A DNA stretch of 32,490 nt, from the NCBI GenBank assembly GCA_043826355.1, contig JBDRQI010000013.1:1-32490 (forward strand), given 5' to 3'. The notes beneath the pieces were generated by a model. It saw nothing but the letters and a program-made list of their open reading frames with translations. It searched no databases and was not told the origin of the DNA. Shown one piece after another: positions 10,135-19,150 of this stretch; within the stretch, counting starts at the first letter, position 1, and each line of letters starts with the position of its first letter. This DNA comes from Candidatus Omnitrophota bacterium (lineage in GTDB: Bacteria; Ratteibacteria; UBA8468; MWAK01). A program made the translations under genes and the position numbers.

Positions 10135-11050
10135 GCTGGCGGAAATTGAAAAACAATACAAAACCGGCCGCTTGAGTAAAAAAGCGTATACCGACCTGAC
10201 GCATAAACACCACCTTGCGCTTTGGGAGTATTTGGATTTTATTAAGAATAAAAACATTGCCGCGATTGAAATTAATCAAGACCGGATTATCTTAAAGACG
10301 AAAGACAATATCAGGCTGATCTGTGATTCGTTGGATAAGCGGCATATGTTTATGGAAATTTTAAATTTTGGTAATTATGAGCCGGTTGAATTGCAAATGA
10401 TCAAGCGCTTTTTAAAAAAAGACAGCGTGGTGCTTGATATCGGCGCCAACATAGGCTGGTATGCAATTAATCTTTCCAAGAGCGTTCCGCAAGGCAGGAT
10501 AATCGCCTTTGAGCCAATCCCGAAAACCTACGATTATTTGGTCCAGAATATTGCTTTAAACAAGCTGGGTAATATCAAAACATATAACATCGGATTATCC
10601 GATAAGGCCGGGTATTTTAATTTTTATTATAATCAAAAATATACCGGAGCAACATCTCTGGTGAATATTATTAATGAACCTAATGTGGCCTTGGTAAGAT
10701 GCCCGGTTAAAAAGTTGGATGATTTTTTAAAAAAGTCAAAGATCCGGCAGGTTGATTTCATTAAATGTGACGTCGAAGGAGCCGAGAAACTTGTGGTTGA
10801 AGGCGGCCTGGAGGCGATTACGAAAAATAAACCTGTTGTTTTTATGGAATTATTAAGAAAATGGTCGGCCAAATTTAACTACCATCCAAATAGTGTAATC
10901 AATATGCTTAAGGAGATAGGGTACGGATGCTACGTAATTAACAAGACTAAACTTAAAAAAATTAAAGAAATTACAGAAGCTACGCAGCATACCAACTTTT
11001 GTTTCCTGCATATAGATAAGCATTCCAAATTATTAAGTAGGTTAATTTGA
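10127..11050 (+). CDS. FkbM-family SAM-dependent methyltransferase
   Basis: VLDIGANIG, IAFEP, FIKCDVEGAE. GTG start overlaps the upstream gene. Confidence 0.9.
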   Translation: MNKLAEIEKQYKTGRLSKKAYTDLTHKHHLALWEYLDFIKNKNIAAIEINQDRIILKTKDNIRLICDSLDKRHMFMEILNFGNYEPVELQMIKRFLKKDSVVLDIGANIGWYAINLSKSVPQGRIIAFEPIPKTYDYLVQNIALNKLGNIKTYNIGLSDKAGYFNFYYNQKYTGATSLVNIINEPNVALVRCPVKKLDDFLKKSKIRQVDFIKCDVEGAEKLVVEGGLEAITKNKPVVFMELLRKWSAKFNYHPNSVINMLKEIGYGCYVINKTKLKKIKEITEATQHTNFCFLHIDKHSKLLSRLI

Positions 11051-11055
11051 CAGCT

Positions 11056-12372
11056 ATGGAAAAAAAGATAAGAAATAAAATATATACTTGTATAAAAGAT
11101 TTATATCGGTTGAGGTTTTCTAAGGAAAAGTTTATCTGCGGCAGGACACCCGTTAATTATGCCGGCAGGATTTATGATGAAAAAGAAATATTTAATTTGG
11201 TGGATGCCTCGCTTGATTTCTGGCTTACCGCGGGCAGATACGCTGAAAAATTTGAAAAATCCTTGGCAAATTTTTTAGGGAGCAGGCATTGCCTCCTGAC
11301 CAATTCCGGTTCCTCGGCCAACCTGTTGGCAATTTCAGCTCTGACTTCACCCGCTTTAGGCGAAAAAAGGTTAAAACCGGGAGATGAAGTCTTAACCGTT
11401 GCCTGCGGGTTTACAACCACCCTAAATCCTATTATCCAGAATAACCTGGTTCCGGTATTCGTTGATGTTGAACTGGGAACCTACAACATTCAGGCCGATA
11501 AACTTGAAGCGGCGCTTTCCGGTAAAACCAAAGCCATCTTTATTCCGCATACCTTGGGTAACCCGGCCCGGATTGACAAGATTATGGAAGTGGTTAAAAA
11601 ATACCGGCTCTGGTTTATTGAAGATAACTGCGACAGCCTGGGTTCGAAATTCAACGGGAAACATACCGGCACTTTCGGCCACCTTTCCACTTGCAGTTTT
11701 TACCCTCCCCATCACATTACGACCGGAGAGGGCGGAGCGGTCTTAACCGACGACCCCCTGTTGAAAAAAATTGTACTTTCTTTTCGCGACTGGGGAAGAG
11801 ACTGCTGGTGCAAAACCGGTTGCGATGATACCTGCCGGAAAAGATTCGGATGGAAACTCGGCGGACTTCCTTTCGGCTACGACCATAAATATATTTATTC
11901 CCACATCGGGTATAACTTGAAAATGACCGACCTGCAGGCGGCGATCGGGGTTGCCCAAATGAAAAAACTTCCGGGATTTATCAAAAAACGGAAAAAAAAT
12001 TTTGAAACCCTTTTCCGTTTTTTTGAAAAATACGAGGACTATTTTATCCGGCCGCGTCCGACGCAGGGTTCAGAGCCAAGCTGGTTCGGATTCCCGCTCC
12101 TGGTTAGAAAACAAGCGCCGTTTGGGCGAAACACCTTCGTTGATTACCTGGAAACGAACAAGATTGCCACCCGGATGCTTTTTGGGGGTAACTTAACAAA
12201 ACAACCCGCGTATAAAGACATAAAATACCGGGTGTCCGGCTCCCTGACAAATACCGATGCGGTGATGAATGACCTTTTCTGGGTGGGAGTTTACCCCGGA
12301 ATAACAAAAGAAAAAATGGAATATCTGACCAAAACGATTTGTAAATTTTTTAGAAAAAAATCTGAAACGTAA
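11056..12372 (+). CDS. rfbH: CDP-4-keto-6-deoxyglucose 3-dehydrase (E1; PMP/[2Fe-2S])
   Basis: NSGSSANLLA, HTLGNP, EDNCDSLG, SFYPPHHITTGEGG (His in place of the aminotransferase Lys), RDWGRDCWC..C...C, YDHKYIYSHIGYNLK. ATG 11056 is preferred over TTG 11047. Confidence 0.93.
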   Translation: MEKKIRNKIYTCIKDLYRLRFSKEKFICGRTPVNYAGRIYDEKEIFNLVDASLDFWLTAGRYAEKFEKSLANFLGSRHCLLTNSGSSANLLAISALTSPALGEKRLKPGDEVLTVACGFTTTLNPIIQNNLVPVFVDVELGTYNIQADKLEAALSGKTKAIFIPHTLGNPARIDKIMEVVKKYRLWFIEDNCDSLGSKFNGKHTGTFGHLSTCSFYPPHHITTGEGGAVLTDDPLLKKIVLSFRDWGRDCWCKTGCDDTCRKRFGWKLGGLPFGYDHKYIYSHIGYNLKMTDLQAAIGVAQMKKLPGFIKKRKKNFETLFRFFEKYEDYFIRPRPTQGSEPSWFGFPLLVRKQAPFGRNTFVDYLETNKIATRMLFGGNLTKQPAYKDIKYRVSGSLTNTDAVMNDLFWVGVYPGITKEKMEYLTKTICKFFRKKSET

Positions 12373-12376
12373 ACCT

Positions 12377-13336
12377 ATGAAAAAAATTTCTGTTATTACC
12401 GGCATTTACAATGAAGCCGAAACTGTTCAGGAAGTTTATGATGTCATAAAAAATATATTTGCCGCCAGCAAAGAAGAATATGATTACGAGCACATTTTCA
12501 TGGATAATTGCAGCACAGACGAAACCGTTTCCATCCTGAAAAAAATAGCCGCCCGGGATGGCAGGGTAAAAATTTTAATATATTCCAAAAATTTTGGACC
12601 ATTAAAAAGTGAACTGGTCGGCTATGCCTACGCAACCGGTGACGCGGTAATTTCCTACGAAGCGAACTTAAAAGACCCCCCGGAATTAATCCAAGCTTTC
12701 CTGAAACATTGGGAAGGCGGTTATGAAGTAGTTTATGGAGTCAGAACAAGAACTAATGATTTTTTTCTTATGCGCTGGATGCGAAGGATCTTTTACCGCA
12801 CGCTCAATCGCGTATCCGAAGAAGACCTGCCCTTAGACGCGGGCGCTTTTCGCCTGGTCGATCGTAAAGTGGTCAACGAACTGATTAAATTAGACGACTA
12901 CAAGCCCTACATCAGGGGTTTAATAACATCGATCGGTTTCAAGCAAATTGGCATCAAATATATCAGAAAACCGCGAAAGCGGGGCGTTTCCAAGAATACT
13001 CTCAAATCCTTGATAGATTTTGCGATCAATGCGATAATTGGTTACTCAATTGCGCCGATGCGGTTATGCGTCTTGATCGGTATGGCCTTGTCGTTTTTTG
13101 GTTTTTTCACGGCGCTGGTTTACCTTGCCCTTAAATTATCTATTTGGCACGCCCAGGTTCCGGCGGTTGCGGGCCTGATCATCCTGATTTTAATCTTTTT
13201 TGGCGCGCAGTTTTTCTTTCTGGGCGTTATCGGCGAATATATAGCCGCGATCCATTCCCAAGTACGTAAAAAACCGTTTGTTGTTATCAGAGAAAAAATA
13301 AACTTTAATGAAAATCAGAAAATTATGTTACCATAA
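12377..13336 (+). CDS. GT2 glycosyltransferase, GtrB/ArnC-like (polyprenyl-phosphate sugar synthase)
   Basis: YNEAE, DNCSTD, SKNFG, DPPELI, FRLVDRKVV, two C-terminal TM helices, LGVIGEYI. The usual DADLQD motif reads EANLKD. Confidence 0.88.
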   Translation: MKKISVITGIYNEAETVQEVYDVIKNIFAASKEEYDYEHIFMDNCSTDETVSILKKIAARDGRVKILIYSKNFGPLKSELVGYAYATGDAVISYEANLKDPPELIQAFLKHWEGGYEVVYGVRTRTNDFFLMRWMRRIFYRTLNRVSEEDLPLDAGAFRLVDRKVVNELIKLDDYKPYIRGLITSIGFKQIGIKYIRKPRKRGVSKNTLKSLIDFAINAIIGYSIAPMRLCVLIGMALSFFGFFTALVYLALKLSIWHAQVPAVAGLIILILIFFGAQFFFLGVIGEYIAAIHSQVRKKPFVVIREKINFNENQKIMLP

Positions 13337-13368
13337 TTTCCCCCGCGGAAAAACTTTTATTTTTTTAA

Positions 13369-13397
13369 TTTACAGAAAAAACGGAATCGGTTAAAAT
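13369..13397 (+). promoter_or_regulatory. Sigma70-type promoter, near-leaderless for the 13406 gene
   Basis: TTTACA-N17-TAAAAT ends 8 nt before ATG 13406; no Shine-Dalgarno. Confidence 0.55.
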
Positions 13398-13405
13398 AAC
13401 AACGG

Positions 13406-14419
13406 ATGCAAATAATAAAGAAATTGATAACCGGCGGGGCGGGTTTTATCGGGGTTAATCTGGCCGAATCCCTGCTCGGTAAAGGCGAACAAGTTGTCGT
13501 GCTGGATAATCTGTCCCGACCCGGCAGCGAAAAGAACCTTGCCTGGCTGAAAAAGAGATTCCACCGGAAATTTGATTTTATCCAGGCGGATATCCGGGAT
13601 TATCGCAGCGTTTCCGAAGCAATAACCGGCGTTTCAACCGTTTACCACCTGGCGGCCCAGGTAGCAGTTACCAGCAGCGTAACAAATCCCCAAACCGATT
13701 TTCAGATTAACGCGGCCGGGACCTTAAACGTTCTGGAAGCGATCCGGAAGAACTGCCCGGAAGCGGTTCTTATCTTCGCTTCAACCAACAAGGTCTACGG
13801 TGAACTGACCCACCTGGTCATTTCCGAAAAAGATAACCGCTATCTCCTTCCGGATCTTCCCGAAGGCATAAGCGAAAAAACAAACCTTGATTTCTTTTCG
13901 CCGTACGGCTGTTCCAAAGGCGCCGCAGACCAGTATGTCCGTGATTACAGCCGCATCTACGGCCTGAAGACGGCGGTCTTTCGCCAGTCTTGTATCTACG
14001 GTCCCCACCAGTTCGGTAACGAGGACCAGGGTTGGGTGGCGTATCTTATGCTCTGCGCACTGCAAAACAAGGAAATCACTATTTATGGAGACGGTAAACA
14101 GGTGCGGGATATCCTTTTGGTGGATGACCTTATCTCGGCTTTTGAACTGGCTCGCGCCAAAACTGAAAAAACATCAGGCGGTATATATAATATCGGCGGC
14201 GGCAAAGAAAACGTTCTTTCCCTGCTGGAATTGATAGCCTGGTTAAAAAATGAGCTGAAGAAGGAAATAAGATACAAATTTGACGCTTGGCGGCCCGGGG
14301 ACCAGCGGGTCTACATCTCTGATATTCGAAAGGCAAAAGAAGGTTTGGGTTGGAAACCGTCGGTATTTAAAAAAGAGGGCCTGCAACGGCTCTTGTCCTG
14401 GTTGAAAGAAAATTTATGA
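13406..14419 (+). CDS. CDP-paratose 2-epimerase (Tyv/RfbE)-like extended SDR
   Basis: [63 protein letters not shown]. Confidence 0.8.
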   Translation: MQIIKKLITGGAGFIGVNLAESLLGKGEQVVVLDNLSRPGSEKNLAWLKKRFHRKFDFIQADIRDYRSVSEAITGVSTVYHLAAQVAVTSSVTNPQTDFQINAAGTLNVLEAIRKNCPEAVLIFASTNKVYGELTHLVISEKDNRYLLPDLPEGISEKTNLDFFSPYGCSKGAADQYVRDYSRIYGLKTAVFRQSCIYGPHQFGNEDQGWVAYLMLCALQNKEITIYGDGKQVRDILLVDDLISAFELARAKTEKTSGGIYNIGGGKENVLSLLELIAWLKNELKKEIRYKFDAWRPGDQRVYISDIRKAKEGLGWKPSVFKKEGLQRLLSWLKENL

Positions 14420-15525
14420 AAATCTTAGTAACCGGAGGCGCCGGATTCATCGGAAGCCACCTGACCGACCTTTTGGTGGAAAAAGGGCATGATGTCCGCA
14501 TCTTTGATAATTTAGAACCCCAGGTGCATCAGGGCAAAAAACCGAAATACCTGAACCCGGCGGCGGAATTCGTGCGCGGAGATGTTCGGGATTATGCCCG
14601 TCTTCAGAAAGCGCTGGCCGGCCGTGAAGCGGTCTTCCATCTGGCGGCGGCTGTAGGCGTCGGCCAGTCGCAATACCGGGTGGAACATTACGTTGATACC
14701 AATATACGCGGAACCGCCACCCTTTTTGACATCCTGGTCAACCAAAAAAATAAGGTTGGAAAAATAATCGTGGCCGCATCAATGAGCAGTTACGGTGAAG
14801 GTTTATACCGATGTAAAAAATGCGGTGTCGTCAAACCAGGCCTAAGGCCCGAGAAGCAGTTAATCCAAAAAAACTGGGAACCCCGCTGCCCGGAATGCAG
14901 GTCTCCGCTGAAACCGTTAGCCACCTCCGAAAAAACATCGTTTGACTGTAATTCCATTTATGCCTTAACCAAGAAAACACAGGAAGAAACAGCCCTGATA
15001 CTTGGAAAGATCTACCGGATTCCGACAGTTTCCCTGCGCTTTTTTAATGTTTATGGAACCCGCCAATCGCTTTCCAATCCCTATACCGGCGTAACCGCCA
15101 TCTTCCTTTCACGGCTTAAAAACAACCGGCCGCCGGTGGTTTACGAAGACGGTAAACAAACCCGGGACTTCATCTCCAGTTGCGATGTCTGCCGCGCACT
15201 CCTCCTGTCCTTAGAAAATAAGGCAGCCGACTATGAGATCTTCAACGTCGGCAGCGGCCAGCCGGTTCAAATCGACGAGATCGCCCGGGTTCTGGCCAAA
15301 ACTATCCGTAAAAATATTGAACCGAAAATTACGAAAACCTTCCGAAAAGGTGACGTGCGCCACTGCTTTGCCGATATCAGTAAAATCAAAAAGAAACTCG
15401 GCTGGCAACCGACAGTAAGCTTTGAAGACGGGATGCAGAATCTGATCGAGTGGGCCCGAAAAGTACCGGCTGAAGACAGGTTCCTTCAGGCAGAGGGTGA
15501 ACTGGCTGCCAAAAAACTGACCTAA
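14416..15525 (+). CDS. NAD-dependent epimerase/dehydratase with a four-Cys insertion
   Basis: [29 protein letters not shown]...[25 protein letters not shown]. Confidence 0.88.
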   Translation: MKILVTGGAGFIGSHLTDLLVEKGHDVRIFDNLEPQVHQGKKPKYLNPAAEFVRGDVRDYARLQKALAGREAVFHLAAAVGVGQSQYRVEHYVDTNIRGTATLFDILVNQKNKVGKIIVAASMSSYGEGLYRCKKCGVVKPGLRPEKQLIQKNWEPRCPECRSPLKPLATSEKTSFDCNSIYALTKKTQEETALILGKIYRIPTVSLRFFNVYGTRQSLSNPYTGVTAIFLSRLKNNRPPVVYEDGKQTRDFISSCDVCRALLLSLENKAADYEIFNVGSGQPVQIDEIARVLAKTIRKNIEPKITKTFRKGDVRHCFADISKIKKKLGWQPTVSFEDGMQNLIEWARKVPAEDRFLQAEGELAAKKLT

Positions 15526-15530
15526 AAATA

Positions 15531-16244
15531 ATGCTCATCTCCATCGTAATACCGGCGCGCAATGAAGCGGATAACATCAGTCAGACTGTCGCCGATTTGG
15601 AAAAAAAACTGAAAAACCTGCTTCACGAAACGTTAATCGTCAACGACCACTCAACCGACATCACTGCCGCTAAAATATTGGAATTAAAGAAAGCGTACCC
15701 TTCTGTCAAACTAATTAACAACACCGCGAAACCCGGCTTCGCCTCGGCCCTACGGATCGGTTTCCGGGCTGCCTCCGGCGCAGGGGTGGTGGTCGTTATG
15801 GCTGACGCCTCCGATGACCCCCAAACCATCCCCAAAATGACCGCCAAATTCACGGAAGGATACGACCTGGTCTGCGGCAGCCGGTACCTCTCCGGCAGCA
15901 GCAAAAGAGGCGGACCGAAAGCCCAGGGGTTCTTTTCTTTCTGGGTTAATAAATATTTACGGATTTTTTTAAATTTCCCGACCTCGGACGCCAGCAACGC
16001 TTTCAAACTTTACCGAAGAGATTGCCTGCTGGCAGCCAAGACCGACGAAGACGGATTCGGGCTCTCCATGGAACTGACGATAAAGTTTTGGCAGACGGGC
16101 TGTAAAATTATTGACGTGCCGACTGTCTGGACGGGCAGGGAAACCGGAAAATCAAAATTTAAATTTGGCCGGGCTTTCCGCTCTTACGGCCGGCTTTTAA
16201 AAAGAGCGTCCGCATGGAAACTTCAATCATATATGCAGCGTTAA
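15531..16244 (+). CDS. GT2 DPM1-like polyprenol-phosphate glycosyltransferase
   Basis: IVIPARNE, VNDHSTD, MADASDDP, GSRY, DASNAFKLY, GKSKF. No TM tail. Confidence 0.87.
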   Translation: MLISIVIPARNEADNISQTVADLEKKLKNLLHETLIVNDHSTDITAAKILELKKAYPSVKLINNTAKPGFASALRIGFRAASGAGVVVVMADASDDPQTIPKMTAKFTEGYDLVCGSRYLSGSSKRGGPKAQGFFSFWVNKYLRIFLNFPTSDASNAFKLYRRDCLLAAKTDEDGFGLSMELTIKFWQTGCKIIDVPTVWTGRETGKSKFKFGRAFRSYGRLLKRASAWKLQSYMQR

Positions 16245-16267
16245 ATAATTACATCTCAATATGAATT

Positions 16268-16318
16268 ATTACACAGATTAAAAAGCGTAGATTACAGAGA
16301 TTGAAAATCACCGTAATC
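16268..16318. repeat. Short ATTACA(C/G)AGATT direct and inverted repeat cluster
   Basis: ATTACACAGATT (16268-16279), GATTACAGAGATT (16290-16302) and inverted AATCACCGTAATC (16306-16318; 11/13 complementary to the second copy). Confidence 0.55.
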
Positions 16319-16362
16319 AATAAAATGCAAATATTCAATACGTTTTATATAGTTACACTCAA

Positions 16363-18057
16363 ATGAACCGGAAACCGCGAAAACTCGGCCTGGGCATCCT
16401 CCTGGTTTTGCTGACATCCTTCCTGTTGAATACCTGGGGGCTAAATTGGGGCCTGCCCAGTGCGGAACGAAATCGGTTGTATTTCGACAACCGGGAAGAT
16501 ATTTTCCGTTCACTGGCAGAAACAGAGAATACGGACGTTACAAAATCGATGACCGAAGAGAGAGAACTTCTTTCCGGTTCCCGGTTTAATCCCATCCGCT
16601 CCTATCATCCGGATGAATCCAATTTCATCAAGGCAGTCAGCAACATGGACCCAAAAACCTTCAACTTAAACCCCCGCTATCTTTACTACGGTACATTGTA
16701 CATCTATCTTTTCGCTTTAGGTCTCGCTGTCGCTTTTCTTTTCGGGTTCATTACGCTTTCAACCGACATTACCTTCTATTTCCTGCATCCGGAAGAGATC
16801 GCCCGTTTCTATCTGGTCGGAAGATTTACTTCAGCCTTTTTCGCGGTTCTCTCGGTCTATTTAACCTATCTCATCGGAAAAAAGCTTTACGGCCCCAAGG
16901 TAGGGTTAGCCGCGGGTTTGTTGATGGCGATCTGCCCGATGCTTGTCATCAATGCGCATTACGTATCCGTAGATGCCACCATGCTCTTTTTCGTCTGCCT
17001 CACCTTCCTCTTTTCAATTTCAATCATGGAATCCGGAAACCTAAAATGGTATCTTCTGGCCGGCGCAAGCGCCGGGCTTGCCGCTGACACCAAATACAGT
17101 GCGGTCCTGGTTCTGTTCGTAATACTCCTGGCCCATTTGCTTGTTGCAGCCACCAAAACCGGTCAATTCCACCGCGGATTTCTACGGGCTTTATTCCGCA
17201 GAAACATCTTGCTGGCGTATCTTTGCGCCGCCGCAACCTTTCTCATTCTCTGTCCCTATGCAATTAAAAATTATCCGGAATTCCGGTCCTGCCAATACGG
17301 TATCAATGCGGTTCTCGGACAAGGAATCACCTTGCCGGGTTTATTGAAAAATATCGGTTACCATCTCAAAGCCCTAAATTACGGAATAGGGTTGCCGTTT
17401 CTGCTGCTCAGCCTTACCGGCATGGTCATCGCCTTAAAGAAAAAAGAGCCGGGTGGCATCCTGATAACATTCTGGGTGATTTTCTGTTCCGGATTTTTTC
17501 TATGGAAGAACTTCTTTTATGACCGCTACCTGATGCCGATACTTCCCTTTCTGGCAATATCAGCCGCAACGGTCGTCTTTCGACCGACGAGAAAAAAAGT
17601 CGTCTGGAAAACCGCTATGGCCCTGCTGTTGTTGCCGACTTTACTTTATACCCTGGGCTATTTACGTCTTTTTGCAACGGAAAACATCCGCACTACGGCC
17701 GGAAAATGGATTGCGCAGAATATCAAATCCGGATCCGTCATCGGCCTGAAAAGAGACACCTTTCAGTTTGAGCTGCCGCCCATCAACCAACAAAAATATT
17801 CCGTGGTTATAACCGGACAGGACCTTCAGACACTGAAAAACAAAAAACCGGAATATTTCCTCATAAACGAGATAGAATACCGAAGAAATCCGTCGCTCTG
17901 GAGCGAAATATTCGCTAAAGCCGGGTATCAACTGGAGAAAGAATTTTTTAATCCGCCGAAGATTTTCGGAATAGCTTTCAACGAGAACAGCCCCAACGAA
18001 GACTACCTTTATCTTTATCCCCGAATATTCATCTACCGGCACACTGATGAATATTGA
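16363..18057 (+). CDS. GT-C fold membrane glycosyltransferase (ArnT/PMT_2-like)
   Basis: N-terminal TM, first-loop HPDE acidic motif, about 11-13 hydrophobic segments, AGLAADTKY, RYLMPILP, soluble C-terminal domain. Confidence 0.82.
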   Translation: MNRKPRKLGLGILLVLLTSFLLNTWGLNWGLPSAERNRLYFDNREDIFRSLAETENTDVTKSMTEERELLSGSRFNPIRSYHPDESNFIKAVSNMDPKTFNLNPRYLYYGTLYIYLFALGLAVAFLFGFITLSTDITFYFLHPEEIARFYLVGRFTSAFFAVLSVYLTYLIGKKLYGPKVGLAAGLLMAICPMLVINAHYVSVDATMLFFVCLTFLFSISIMESGNLKWYLLAGASAGLAADTKYSAVLVLFVILLAHLLVAATKTGQFHRGFLRALFRRNILLAYLCAAATFLILCPYAIKNYPEFRSCQYGINAVLGQGITLPGLLKNIGYHLKALNYGIGLPFLLLSLTGMVIALKKKEPGGILITFWVIFCSGFFLWKNFFYDRYLMPILPFLAISAATVVFRPTRKKVVWKTAMALLLLPTLLYTLGYLRLFATENIRTTAGKWIAQNIKSGSVIGLKRDTFQFELPPINQQKYSVVITGQDLQTLKNKKPEYFLINEIEYRRNPSLWSEIFAKAGYQLEKEFFNPPKIFGIAFNENSPNEDYLYLYPRIFIYRHTDEY

Positions 18058-19108
18058 AAAATTCTTTTATGATTTACCGGAGAGTGCTATCGCCCAGGAA
18101 CCGCTCCCCAAAAGAGACGAGGCGAAACTTCTGGTTCTGGAGCGCCAAAGCGGCACGATCCGCTCCGTCATCTTCCGGGACTTACCGGACTTTCTTTTGG
18201 CAAGCGACCTCCTGGTCCTTAACGATACCCGGGTCATCCCGGCGCGGTTGCGCTTAAAGAAACCCAGCGGCGGAAAGGTAGAAATATTTATCCTGCGGGA
18301 GACCGGGCAGGGCAGGGCCGAGGCCCTGGTCCGTGGCCGGGTTAAGAAAGGTTTGCAACTTACGCTACCAACATCACCTCTCCATCTCCCCTCCGGGGAG
18401 ATGGAGAAAATTGAAAAGAACAAACTCACAATAAATATTAAACAAAAATTATCTTTCGGTAAATATCTTGTTTCTTTTGAAGGTCTTCCTTTGAAGGAAG
18501 TTTTAAACCGATTTGGCGAAATCCCCCTGCCTCCGTACATTAGAAGACCGGCCCGGCCGGAAGACCAGGATTATTATCAGACCGTTTACGGCCGCAAGGA
18601 AGGGGCGGTAGCTGCGCCAACAGCAGGATTGCACTTCACGCCAACTCTTATGAATCAAATAAAAAAAAGAGGGGTTTCTCTTCTTTATCTTACCCTTCAT
18701 GTTGGTTGGGGCACGTTCCGGATAATTCAATCTGAGGACATAATCCAACATCAAATGGAACCGGAATTCTTCGAAATTTCTCCGGAAACAGCCGGCATCA
18801 TCAATAAAAACAAAACAGAAGGTCGCCGGGTGGCGGCAGTCGGAACCACCTCCGTCAGAACACTGGAAGGAAATTTTCGAAACAAAGGTCTTACCGCAGG
18901 CAGCGGTTGGGTTAACACCTTCATCTATCCGGGCTATCAGTTTCAGGTGGTTGATGTTCTAATCACAAACTTTCACCTGCCCCGAACCACCACGCTACTC
19001 ATGACCGCGGCCTTTGCGGGCAAAGAAATGCTTCTGGAAACATATAAATATGCCTTAAAAAATGAGTTCCGGTTCGGCAGTTACGGTGACGCAATGCTCA
19101 TCCTGTAG
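18047..19108 (+). CDS. queA: S-adenosylmethionine:tRNA ribosyltransferase-isomerase
   Basis: IAQEP, NDTRVIPARL, PLPPYI, YQTVY, AAPTAGLHFT, LHVG.GTF, AVGTTSVRTLE, TNFHLP, SYGDAM. Confidence 0.96.
   Translation: MNIEKFFYDLPESAIAQEPLPKRDEAKLLVLERQSGTIRSVIFRDLPDFLLASDLLVLNDTRVIPARLRLKKPSGGKVEIFILRETGQGRAEALVRGRVKKGLQLTLPTSPLHLPSGEMEKIEKNKLTINIKQKLSFGKYLVSFEGLPLKEVLNRFGEIPLPPYIRRPARPEDQDYYQTVYGRKEGAVAAPTAGLHFTPTLMNQIKKRGVSLLYLTLHVGWGTFRIIQSEDIIQHQMEPEFFEISPETAGIINKNKTEGRRVAAVGTTSVRTLEGNFRNKGLTAGSGWVNTFIYPGYQFQVVDVLITNFHLPRTTTLLMTAAFAGKEMLLETYKYALKNEFRFGSYGDAMLIL
18379..18407. repeat. Perfect 13-bp hairpin inside queA
   Basis: TCTCCATCTCCCC-TCC-GGGGAGATGGAGA. Confidence 0.85.
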
Positions 19109-19119
19109 ATTAACATAAT

Positions 19120-19142
19120 GCAGGGTGGGGTTATACCCTCCC
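19120..19142 (+). repeat. Degenerate GTAG-REP-like hairpin upstream of tgt
   Basis: GCAGGGTGGGGTTATACCCTCCC, a near copy of 20515-20540. Confidence 0.6.
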
Positions 19143-19150
19143 TTTTTAAT

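Noticed and set aside
19108..19135. XerD-arm-like TTATGTTAAT on the minus strand between queA and tgt
   Set aside because: There is no XerC arm (no TAA half-site) at a 6-bp spacing.
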